The notes under the pieces: generated by a model
What the model was told of the DNA's origin: nothing
Seen by the model: only the letters and a program-made list of their open reading frames with translations
Databases searched by the model: none
NCBI GenBank assembly: GCA_905178155.1
Contig: CAJINV010000017.1
Coordinates: forward strand, 1,108,722-1,172,721
Direction: 5' to 3'
Origin: Amoebophrya sp. A120
Lineage: Eukaryota > Protista > Dinoflagellata
Length of the DNA stretch: 64,000 nucleotides
In this document: one piece after another, positions 25,701 to 37,700 of the stretch
How the letters are laid out: every line of letters starts with the position of its first letter
How positions within the stretch are numbered: position 1 is the first letter of the stretch
Made by a program: the position numbers and the translations under genes

Positions 25701-28700
25701 GAAGCGATATCGACCCGGGATCCCCTTGCGTGTACACGTCGAACTTGCACTTGTCCAACTGCTCCATGGCCTTCTTCAGGTCGACCCGCGCGTTCCCCAA
25801 CCATGTCTCATGCAGATCGCACTGCCCGTCGCGATAGAGAAGAATACAGCGGGAGATGATGAGGACGTGTTGTGCATTTATCCGCGCCAGCTCTATCTGT
25901 TTTGCATTTTAATTCTAAATATGCATTTCAACAGTCCTCGTGTCATGCTGGAAAATGTGCATGACAAAATGGAAAGGTTGTTTTATTCTATACCAGTTCA
26001 AGTTGCGCATCCGAAAGCGTCACACTTCCGATCCCGATGCCGCACATCAAAAACGCCAGATCATCCAGCACTGCCTGTTTGTCGCTGAAGTAGTTGTACG
26101 TGCTGACGAGATCCTCCCGAAAGGTTTGCTTCAATGCCGCCCGTCCTTTTTCCCGAACATTGCTCCGCAGCGTGCTACCATTATAACGCTCGATGGGGCG
26201 TATCAAGTGAAGCAAAAACCAACTCGTCACCAGGAAGAGGAATTGCGTTCCTGATTTTGTTATGAGTTGAAGATGTAAGTTTGTCATGCTGGATTGGCAA
26301 AAATGCATGATTTTTGCATGAGAAAAAATGTGCATTTGCATGCTTTTCTACCATGCACTTTGTGGAACCGTCGATGCATGGCAATACTATGTATTTGTAG
26401 CACCTGTCTTGTTGCGCATGTCCACCGTAAAACCATGCTCCAAGATTTTCTCTTGGCCGAAAGAAATTCTTTCGCCCAGTCCCGTAAAAATTCTTCCTAG
26501 GAAGAACGCGGTCGCCAGGGAGAGCTGCGTCAGACACGACATCACCGTCAGCCATCGTGTCCAGACCGGACATTTGAAGCCGCGGTACAGACAATGCAGC
26601 GCTCGCATGCATTGATGCTTGCTGTTTCGCGGGATGACGAGCAACTTCTGCCGCACACTGCAGTCCCGGAAGAAGTCTTTTTTTTTCGTGTCCATCGGTA
26701 GGCGGTCCAAGAAAGCACACAGCTTCTCGTCTTTGGGTGGTTTCTCTCCTTTGTCCCACGGAGCGAGCCATTGCTCCACCTGGTCGAGGCCGTTGTGGAT
26801 CTTCTCCTGCAGCAGCTTGATGCTGTGAACCTGGATGATAAATATAGAAAACAATGTTGATGCGCATAATATTTCATTTGTCATGCGGAACGTCATAAAA
26901 TTTGTCATGCAGAAACGAAGCAAATACTGCGTGGCTATACCTGTAACCAAAGCCTTTTTTGCCAACCAACCGGGTCGAGGTTCATCGTCCCCAGGTATAG
27001 CTCCGCAACCTGCTTCGTAACAAGGGCGGTTTGATGGACTTTACAGCGTTGCGTCCAAAGTACAACGTCGGACAAGTACTTGGACGCCATGAACAGGCCC
27101 CCGACATAAAACAATGTCGGGATTGTACTACCGCCGGAGTCCGTAACCGGCGACCATACTTTGATGGTGTTCTGCGACCAGTTACTGAAAAAAACTTCCG
27201 GCGAGTGATACGTCCATAACTGGTCTGCCACCTCAAAAGCTTCACTGTACCCCCGGAATGCTGATTTTTGGTTTTGTTGTCGTGGTCCAAAATCGTAGCT
27301 CGATGGGTACATCACAGTATGTGATGGCAGGAAGACGGAGCCCATTTTGTCGATGTTGCCACAGCAAAAAGTTATTGCCACCATGCTGATCATGACGTGG
27401 GCAAACACTTTTATTTTTCCGCGAATGCTATTCTCGAATAGCATGTTTTGGCACGTAGTGCCATCTATTTCGACTCGATAATGTACGAGGGAAAGCCTGC
27501 TGCTGTCGTTGAAGTAGGTCTGGCTGAACTCGAAACACGTCTCGACCAGCAGTGCGGCTAGTTTCCACAACTTCCTCGGAGCGAGGTACGACTGCGAGTT
27601 GAAAAAGGCCGCGCGCTCCTCCTGTTTTTCGTTCTGTTTCGCCGCCGCATCTTCTTCTTGCTTTTTTGTCTTCGGCGCCTGGTTCTTCTTCACCATTTTC
27701 CTACTCCGTGTTGTTACGCCGAAAAACTGGTGCGGAAACACAAACGACGGCGGAAGAACAGGACCGCGCCAGTAGATGCGGATGCAGTTGTTATTATATA
27801 GCTTTACTTAGATGGGATTGCGTGCTAGCAAATTAATTATTTTATCTTAGGTATGTGGGTATTGCTTAGTTTAAAAAAAAAACCTGCCTGCTAGTAGGAG
27901 AATAGAATATGCATTTTGTATTTCCAAAAAAAAATACTTGCGTTTCCCCGTTCTCGTGCTGGCACTCTTCCGCAGCCCTTCCCTCCTGATAGCGCAGCCA
28001 AAAAATCTCTCAGCCTTCTCTTCTCACACAAAAAAGCAGCTCGTTTGGTATTTCGAAAAAAACGTCGCTTCTTGCATGACAAAAAAATTACCGAACACTG
28101 CCTGCAATTATTGCAGATGTAGTTGCAGTTCGCAGCCGCTTCTCGGCGCAAGATGTTACTCGCAGCGACACTGCGAGCGCTTTTGTTTTGTGTGTATCTC
28201 CCACCGCCCGGTCGCGCTACCACTTTCCTACCGCTGCCTCTTCTACCCGCGCCGACTGCTTGCCCGGTTCTATTCTGCAGAGGAAAGATCTTGTTGCTAT
28301 TCACGCGAACGCGAACAGGTGCAGAATCGTTTCCCTTTTTTACAAAATAGCCGACTATACACAAGCCCGCTACAGTTAGAAAGGAAAATCGATAAGCTCT
28401 TTTGCCGTACTACATGATCGTCGTGCTATGCATTTCGAAATGCATAGCACGATGATCATCGACAAAAGACTTTTCGTTTTTCTCTTCAGCCTTCGAAGTA
28501 GCAGCTCTGTAAAAGTCCTCCGCTGTGTGCAGCTGTATCTCAAAACCGAATACACGAGGGTCGACGGTATTATTTGGCTGCGAAAGTTCGCAGCCAAATA
28601 ATCGAGTAACAGCTGCACGTTGATCAGTACTATTTTATTTGCGCCGCACATCCGCGTATGGATTGTTGTGTGTCGTGATTACTCATCGACACACAAGAAT

Positions 28701-31700
28701 CCAAACCTGGGCGCTATGCTACGAAAATAGTACTGATCGCATCGCGGAAAAAAAACTTGTCGCCGAGAATCGAACCGGCGATCGCAAAAAGGGTGAAAAG
28801 GGACTGAGACAAACAACTCGGCCCCTTACCCGCTCGGCCAAACGGCCGAGCGGACTGCATCGGTCATCGACCTCGGAGACCCTATCACAGCCCAATACGG
28901 GCTGTGTACGTTGTCGACATTTTTGATCATGCGTTTCCGCATGATAAACTGCTTTGAGCGACACGACGACAGCCAAGTCGTCTGTCGCGATAGAAGTATA
29001 GTGCCGGGTTTCGAACCCGACCTCGCGAAGGGTGAAAAGGGACTGAGACAAACAACTCGGCCCCTTAACCGCTCGGCCAAACGGCCGAGCGGACTGCATC
29101 GGTCATCGACCGCGGAGACCCTATCACAGCCCAAAACGGGCTGTGTACATTGTCGACAAATTTGAAAATGCGTTTCCGCATGATAAACTGCTTAGAGCGA
29201 AACGACGACAGACAAGTCGTATGTCGCGATAGAAGTATAGAGACGGGTTTCGAACCCGACGCTATCGACGGCCAAAAGGAACTGACGGAAGCAGCTAGAT
29301 CGCTATTCCGCATGGTATGGTGGAGGATCGACAAGTCGAATGACCACCATACCATGCGGAATAGCATCGATGCAGCATACCATGCAGTTTCGACCAAAAA
29401 AATGAGATGAGAAGGCGAAACCGCTATAGAAATGCACCTAACGACGTGAATAGCAACTTTGTTTCCAATGCAAAGTAGACCGTTTTTTTCCAAAATTTTT
29501 CAAAAAAAAAAAATCTCAAAAAATTGAGAGAAAATCAGATGACTTTTTTCATCTGAGGCGCCCAGCTCAACAAATGTTCCTGCCATCGCGCATTTGCATG
29601 ACAAACTCTGGGGAGGTGGGGGCGTTTTTAGACAGGATACGAGAAGAAGAAGCAGGTCATGGACTTCTTCGACCTAAAGAAGTGGATCGAGGGCTTCAAG
29701 AAAAAGAAGGCCGCGTACCAGGACAAGATTGACGCGATTCAGGACCGCATAACCCAGGCCTTCGCGACGGCGGAGAAACTCCGCCAGATGGCGGAGGCGC
29801 GCGCAAAGGCGGCGGAGGAGGCCGAGAAGAAGAAGCTGGAGCAGGGTTTGGTCGAGGAGGGGGAAACGGAGGACGAAATGGAGACGGTGTTCATCGGGAA
29901 AGTGAACGAATCCCCGGCGAAGAAGCCGCTCCTCTCCACGACCGCCGGCGCGGGCGACGTGGAGATGACAGCGTTCGGGTCTGACAAACCCCTCCCCAGC
30001 GCACGCAGACAAAAATTCGACTCCGTGGAGAGCTCAAATTCCGCCCCTCCGCTGACCGCTAGAACCGTGGAAAAACTCGCGGCGAGCGAGAAGTCGAAGT
30101 GGGACGACATGCTGGTGAAGTCTGCTGGCGATGTCGGCGCCGCACCTACCGCCGATTCAGTAGACAGCATCACCGCGCCCACGAAAAAGTCCGAGGTGGT
30201 GGTGATTCCGGGCGCGAAAGCACTGGTCGAGGTGCAGGCCGTCACCGGGTTGTCGCAGCAGGGCCCGTTCGTTACGCTCGGGAAGCTGGTCCGCGCGATT
30301 TTGAAAACGATCACCTACCCCTTCGTGGTTCTGCTCAGCCGGGAACAGTTGTCCGCCCTGATCAAATCCGTCGCGGCGGTGTTCGGAACCCTGGGCGTCA
30401 TGTACGCGCTATTCAGCACCGATTCGACGTTTTCCATGGTGTTCATCCTGGCGATCACCGGGGTCGTCGCAAAAGCAATCTTCGACGCGGGCGCGCGCGC
30501 GGCCACGCCCAGCGAGGCGGAGAAGGAGGAGCAGAAGCTGCAGCAAAAAGCGAAAGCGCTGCAGGAGCGAGCGCAACTGGAGGCGAAGAAGGTAACCTCC
30601 ATCCACACCAAATCGGTCCTGAAGGACGACGGGTTAAACGCGAAAGACCACGTGGTGTCCGCGTTGGAAGCGTGCGAGGCGGTGGACGCGGCCTGGGCCA
30701 AGGGCGAGCACACCTTCGTGAAAATGCCGCCGGCGATGATAAAAACCCAGAAGCGGGTGGTGCCCGACGTGAACCGCGGCTGGTTTGAACTGAAATTGAA
30801 CCACTTCGCGGCGGGAAAGCAGCCGGACGCGCAGGAGATCGGAACCAGCCTGAACAGCGACGACATGTTCACCATGAAGGATTACGTCTTTGACGTGTGC
30901 GACATCATCGTGGACACGTTAGGTTTGCGATTGCCTTCGGACGTAAAGCCGGTCAGACACACCAAGACGCTCACGAAAAAACTGCTGCAGGTACTAGAAT
31001 TGATTCACTGCTAGTATCGGATGAAATTGTTGAATGATCAGCATGATGGTAACAGGATCACTGCGGGGGCAAACCTGGTCCTGAAATGATGATGCTATGC
31101 GAATGCAACAAAAATTCGCCAGAAAAAAAATAAAAAGATAAACTCAAACACAGGTTAACAAGCCTCTCGGAACTACCCGTGACCTTGTTCAGTCCTTTCC
31201 GATCCAGATTTCCGTCGAGACGCTCCGGGGCGAAGCGGAGAAGAACAACAAGCAAACGCAGGTCGCGTGCACTCTATCAACTGTAAAAATGTCTGGGTCT
31301 GGAAGAATTCATGTTTGTCATGCTTGTCTGGCATGGCTCTTAAATCTGTCATGCACGTTACCCAAGAGCTCTGCTTTTCTGTGATGCAGGAGCGCAGTTT
31401 GTCATGCAGAATAGGCAACACCTAGGAGCTCAGAAACTTGTCATGCTGAGCCAGCATCTGTAGCTTCATCATGAGACGCCACCCAGCATCACAAGTTTCC
31501 AGACCCAGACATTTTTACTTTTGATACACCCTGCAGATTGTGAATTTCGTGGGGAAGGGGCAAGCGGACCGGGCCGATAACGACAGCTACTTGACTATCA
31601 TTTGTAAAAACGTCCCCACCCCAGAGTTGTGATGCAGATTTGCAATGACAGGAACATTTGTAATGCGCATCGACATGAGAGGCGTTTCTAGTCGAGTTTT

Positions 31701-34700
31701 GGCATTTGTAATGCTGTAACCAGGATGAGCAGGTAGATTTGTGGTGCGTTTTTCCTTGCTAGCCTGCACTATACTAGGGACTGCATCTTGTGATGCGTGA
31801 GTCCCAAAACTTCTGGGTTTGTGTTGCAAAATTTCCATCTTGACTCTGCTGTGGGGACGTTTTTACAAATGATATTGACCCTGACCGACCAGAAAACGAT
31901 CGGCGCGAAGAAGGGCGCGGGCGTGAACATTGACACGTACAAGGTCGGCGACGACATTATTTTCAACGACTTGAAGAAGGGCGACCTGTTCGAAATCGTC
32001 CAGGACGAAGAGGGGGAGGAAGTGACGCGCATCCCGAAGTTGGCCGACCAGGGCGCCTGGCAGAAGGCCACGGACGGACAGAAGCTCACGAGCGCCGACA
32101 TCGTCTACGAAGACCAGGAGCCGTTTGAAATCGCCGAAGACGGCGGCCCGGATTCGCCAACGGGAAGTACTCCAGGCACCGAAATAAACGCCCTCGTACG
32201 CAATTGCCGCTGTCTAGCACTACAGGCGGACCCTCCCCCATACATCACTTCAGTCAAACGTCAGGCGGGCTCTAGGGCCTTCGTGGTCGTAGTGCCTGGG
32301 AGATTCACACTCGCTCCGGAGCCGGCGCCACGCCCTGGGCGACAAAGCAAAAGCGCTTTGCCGACGGCTCGCCCCGAAAATAACTTGTGCCGGGGCGCAG
32401 TGTCGCAATGATTATTTTTCGCGCATTCTCCAGGGGTGAGAAACGCCCCGCGTCGGCTTTTGGATTCGGCGCCCCCCACATTGAAGTTTCGCGCCTTTTC
32501 GTGCTATGCGCTGCCAGGCCAGGTGCGGCCACGCCGGCGACTTCTCTGCCGTGGTGCATAAGTAATAAATAATCTGCCTTCTTTTGCGTACGAGCGTTGG
32601 CGAGGCGATTCCGCACGCGGGCCGCTGCTGCAGCGCGGCCTGCCCGGCTGACCTCTTTGTGCGTGGGATTCTTTCTCGACTTGGTCTTGCACGGCCATAC
32701 TAGCGAGGGGTAATGGAATCAGGCGCGTTGTTTGTTCGTGGGCTGGAACCGCGGGCGCTTCGTCTTGCGACGGCGCCGCCTTCGTGGTAATTGTGCAATC
32801 CCTTCCACCGTTGGTTTTCAACGCATAAGCATGATCAGCGTGCGTGCCGATCGTTGTTTTGCGTGTTTTCCCCCTCTTGCGCGGGCGGTGCAGCAAAGGA
32901 AGTCTCCAAAGCCCAAGCCGGCGGAACGCGGGTAGGCCTGCACCGACCCCACCGCCTGCGTTGCGTAGTGCGATGGGGAGAGCCCGAAGCGCTCACACTT
33001 TTCGCAGAGAATCGCCTTAGGAAGCGCGCTGGCCTGGCAGGAAAGATGGAAGCGCGGGGGCGCCGCTTGTTCCATCTTGCTTGCCTTGAAAAAAGGCTCG
33101 GGGATGTTTGGTTCTTCCCTGGCTTTGTTGTCGTTGCCCTTTCTTTCTGCGGCCGGGGCATTGGTAGGTTGCAAAAAAGCGCAGGCATGGCCCAGTTGTC
33201 CGGAAAGGAGGCAAACCGTTCACCATTGCCCCGCATCGATCGGGCGGGCCAGGCACCGCGGGCGTTGCCAGCCTCTCACGGTTGGACGGCGGGGCGGGGC
33301 GTAGCTCTCTATGGGCGTTGGCATTCATGTTTCATCTTGTTTGTCTTGCTAGACAGGTCGTGTAGCTGCTTATTCCGTACGAGGGCGTTTATTTCGGTAT
33401 ATCGAGTACCATGCGCGGCGGCGGGGCCCGGTTTGAAATCGCGGAGGACGGCGGCCCGGATTCGCCAATAGGAAGTACCATCCGCGGCGGGGCCGGCACG
33501 ATGATGAACAACTACGTGGAGGGCCAACACAGCGCCGCGCCAAAGTCCCCGCTGCGGGGCAAGAATTCGACCGATTCGCTCGACGGCGCGGTCGCGATGG
33601 AGATTTCGAAATGGCGGAAGCCGGCGCTGCTGGAGCTGCGGCCGGACGACTTGGAGAAATCAAACAGCAGGGCGACGATCTACGAAATTGAGAACACCTA
33701 CGGGAACTACGCGCACGTGCCGAGGGAGCTCCGCGGCACGCCGCTGCCGCAGAAGCTGGTGCGGTTCAAGGTGCGGAACGACGACGGCGAGAAATTCTCC
33801 TTTGCGCCCGTGAAGCCCGGGGCGGGGCAGGGGCTGTTGTGCAAGCAGGAGGGGGAGCTGAGTTTGGAGGAGCAGAAAGCGAGGAAGTGCGCGGATTGGT
33901 TCAACGCAGTGGACGGCTGGTTCGAAGATTTGGGCGCGAGCAGCAACCTGCGGTCCAACGTGCACGCGGTCTTCGACGAGCTGTTTTGGGGCAAGGACAC
34001 CATGACGCAGGGCGGCCGACCGGCGGACGTGAACAGTGAGCGGAAGAAGTTCAAGAAGGGCGAGCGCAAAGACCTCCCGAACCAGCAGAAGGGGCTTTTG
34101 GCGCGCGTGTTGGAGCGGAAGGACGCGGGGTTGACGGTCAAGGAGTATTTTGACTATTTGATGTACGGCGCAGAGGACGATAACGAGTGGCCGGGCTTCA
34201 TCTACTGGTTCCGCTTCAAGCCGAAGGGCGAGCAGGAAGTGGAGCAATTGAACAAAAACCCGAAATTTCGCTACGGTGCGGTCGTGCCGCCCGGCCCGAT
34301 CGTGGGGGCGCTGGCCAAGCCGGCGCTGACGCCGCAGGTGCTCCACGTGGTGCTCACCGACGCGGATCTGAGGGCCCCGGGCGACGTGGTCGACGCCTGG
34401 CAGCCGCAGCGGGGAGAGCCCCACACCGCGGAGATGTTCAAGCTGGACAAGGAGGGCTACAGTCGCGGCGTCGTGGGTCTGCTGAAGCTGCTCCCCGACA
34501 AGTTGCAGTTTGAACAGCCGGTGGGCGACGGCGAGGTGGATGCGGAAACGCTGGCCGACACCTTGAATTTCGATTTTTCCGACACCTACGCAATGTTCCC
34601 GGTGGTCAAGGACGTTTTCAAGATCAACCCCAAGATTATCCAAGACAGCATTTTCATATACATCACACAGCCCACTACCACTTTGATCGCGTTGCTGCAA

Positions 34701-37700
34701 AGTGACATTTTACAACATGCAGCAGCAATTGTATAAAGCAGAGTCCTGCTCTGATTCAAAAGAACTTGCCGAAGACCAAGTGTGTAGTTAACTGTGATGG
34801 TGATAGATGATTCTTTCCTCCATAGCCACCGGGGTGGAGGAACTGACAGTGACCGGAAAAACGTTGTACTTGCAGATGAAGGGCGGCGACATCATCGCGT
34901 TCGGGATGGACCAGAAGAATATCAACTGCAAATATGTCTGGGTCTGGACGAGGGATGCGAACTTGTGATGCTGCGTCTGGATTCTGCAAAAATCTGTATT
35001 ACATGAAGAGCAAAAGAGGTCCACTTTTTGCCATTGCGAGAGGGTATTCGTATTTCGCATGCGGTATAGAAGGCATCAGAAATCCCTCACAAAATCTGTG
35101 ATGCTAGGGCATGCATCACAGACATCAGGACTCATGATGCAAAGTGTGCATCACAAGCCTTGCATCCTTCCAGACCCAGGCATTATATTTGCGATGCATA
35201 AAGAAGATCGAGATGTGGGCGGACTTGATCGAGAAGTACCAGATGTCGACGCCGCAGCAGTTTATCCTCGGGTACGACGGCAACGTGTCCGAACACCCGG
35301 AAGACCCAAATCTGCAGATTCGGGAGGGCAAGCAGGGCTACCAGAAGTTCTACCTGAAATCGAACTGCCCGGGCGTGGGGTACGTGCCGAAGTCGCGGTA
35401 CTGCGGGTCCTGGAAAAACCACAAGTACCACGGCGACGGGATGTTCTACAAGCTCCAGGTCGCGGAGAAGTGTCCGCACGTGGCGCTGTACCCCGGTTCA
35501 AACAACCCGTTGGGGCACAAGATGAAGGACGTGTTCCTGCTGAACGACCGCGAGCACCTGCACCACTCCAAGGCAAACTACGAGCGGCAGGTGATTATGT
35601 ACGACGGGAACTTCGAGAACGGGCTGCGGTGCGGCAAGGGCATGGCGTTTTTTCCCATTCCGACCGCGAAGGGAAAGCTCCTGTACCGGTTCAACGGGGT
35701 GTGGTGCAAGGACCGACCGGTGTTGGGGGAACTGATGTACGTGTCCGGCCCGATCGAGCAGGGCTCGCTACCGCAAGAAATAATGGGGTTGCAGTTTGAG
35801 ACGATTGATGCTGTAACTTCAGCTCACACAATGAATTTACTCTGCAGATGAAAACTTGCAAACCACCAAAGATCATCTGATCATCAAGGAAATAAAAACG
35901 TATGAAACCGCGCTCCTATGTTGCATATTCGGCACGGTAGAACTTGCCTGTGTTGCAGCTTGCAACAGGAGCAACGCAATGTGTGACTGTAACACCTCCT
36001 TTTCCTCCGCATACCCACCCACGATGAAGTACTACTTTGGCACGGTGGTCCCCTTGAACGCGGGGAAGAAGACCGGGGACGGCAAGGCGGAGGAATTTTT
36101 GAAAACGCGGCTGATGGACATATCGCCCTTCGAAGTGTACGCCGCCGCCTGCCTGTCCTGCGGGTCGAACGGCATGTCCCCCTCCCAGGTGCTGTACCAG
36201 CTGAAGAAGGACTACGCCGCGCTGATCTCCATCAAGTCCAAGAAGCTCGAAAAGTTGGCGGAAATGACGGAGCCGCTGAACGCAAAAATCGAGGAGACCA
36301 GGAGAACCTACGGCTACTACGACGAGCCCCTGAGCGACTTCGATACCTACATCCTGTCGCGCTGCCTGGAGCCGTTGAAAAAAATGCCGAACATCAAGAA
36401 TCTGATGGAACCAGATGGCAAGGACTACTTCCGCGACGGGCTCAACATCAACGATTACAAGTTCACGCAAAAGCTCAACGTGCGGGATTTATCCAAGGAG
36501 AATAAAGTGTGTCAGTGTAACTAACTTGTGTATTCACTTTGAAGGAACAGGCAGTAAAAATTTCTCATGCATGATCAGCATGACAGACGCAAACGCAATC
36601 GCCTCCTGCACGTAGTTGCGCATCACAGAGCTACACTGGCAGTCTTGTTTTCGTGGATACGATTTTCACTGCGACGAGTACATCCGAGACGACCTGGACG
36701 TTTTGTACAAAAAATGGTTCAAATATGAGTGCTATGCATCACAAAAACATCGCACTTGGCTGTAGAATGCATTTTTACAAATTTCATTTTTTTCAAATGA
36801 TAGACAGCGACTCAGTGTCAGCGAAATATGCAAAAATTATCTTCTGTCATGCAATTTCAAATGAAATTCAATTTCTAGCTCTACACTTGTTGCGATATGC
36901 AGTCCCTTATTTCCTTGGGATAAGTGCTATGATGACGAAGATCAGAACAGCAAGCAGTCCGGAACGATCTACGCCGTGGACGCGGATGACAAGACCAAGT
37001 GGGATTCGTACAAAAAAGGGCTGGCCTCCCTGGCGGAGGACTGGAACAAGTTCCAAAAAGAAATTGCTTTCGAGGACGCCATTATGTTGATGGAGATGGG
37101 CCGCAAGAAAAAGCCCAAGTGGATGAGCAGCCTGCAACAGAAGTCCTTCTGTGAGGACTTGTTGCTCCAGTGCCTCCCGGCAAAGGAGGTCGCTCCGGCC
37201 TGGTATTCGCAAGTCTCGGGATACGAAAACAAAAAATTGCCACGCGGCACGAGAAGGCTGTTGTCGGTAAAAAAATATTTGCATGTGCATGGAGTACGCT
37301 ACTTAATTCAAACGCATTTACCACCTACTTTACTTCATCGCCTCCGACTAGGTACAAATTGAAGCTTCGAAAAAAAAATTTTTTGGGGCAATCCACCTAT
37401 TTATCGTGTAGCACTTTTCGTTTTCATACGGCAGAGGTTTACGCGGAGGAGCACGCCGAGATGAAGGAGGTCTTCCGATCCCTGAGTCGCAAGCTTTCCG
37501 CAATTTTCCCCACCGCACCAGCTTTCAGTGAGGAGCTCTGGGAAAAGATGCCCAAGGTTTCCAAAACGGTCACAGAGAAGAAATATGCTTAGCAAGAGTG
37601 TCGCATTGCTCGCTACATTATAGATCATGACCTTTCACTTATACGTGACGCAGCACCACAATAAATTTCATTTCATTTCCTTCGGAAAATCATGAAAAAA

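Larger units (their letters stand above)
15722..29569 (-). mobile_element. 13.85-kb cargo-carrying hAT-like DNA transposon
   Basis: Termini TGAGCTGGGCGC(G)CTCAGATG...CATCTGAGGCGCCCAGCTCA; duplication acaaatgt at 15714-15721 and 29570-29577; empty-site-like sequence present in the paralogous introner; internal transposase-like gene. Confidence 0.85.
15492..29644 (+). mobile_element. Family-3 introner intron expanded to 14,153 bp by a nested transposon
   Basis: Structure cgaga|tatcctg...caggata|cgaga. The halves on either side of the insertion align to the reverse complement of the uninterrupted copy at 31596-31879. Confidence 0.8.

Noticed and set aside
25513-27696. This transposase as the mobiliser of the introners
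   Set aside because: Its element's ends (TGAGCTGGG) and even-length TSD readings do not match the TAT...ATA ends and 5-bp repeats of the introners.
28760-29090. Genuine tRNA genes or a hammerhead ribozyme
   Set aside because: A/B-box-like motifs are present, but I could not build an acceptor stem or a normal anticodon arm, and no CUGANGA/GAAA core is present in the right context.
28789-29260. CRISPR array
   Set aside because: Two long near-identical units with no unique spacers, in a eukaryotic context with no cas genes.
15722-29569. Polinton/Maverick, Helitron or Fanzor-carrying element
   Set aside because: Size and a possible 6-bp TSD reading are compatible with a Polinton, but I saw no protein-primed PolB, retroviral-type integrase, packaging ATPase, Rep/helicase or RuvC motifs. 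The motif order fits hAT better.
33660-34700. 346-aa antisense ORF and similar antisense ORFs over the giant gene
   Set aside because: Shadow frames caused by the high GC3 of the + strand exons.
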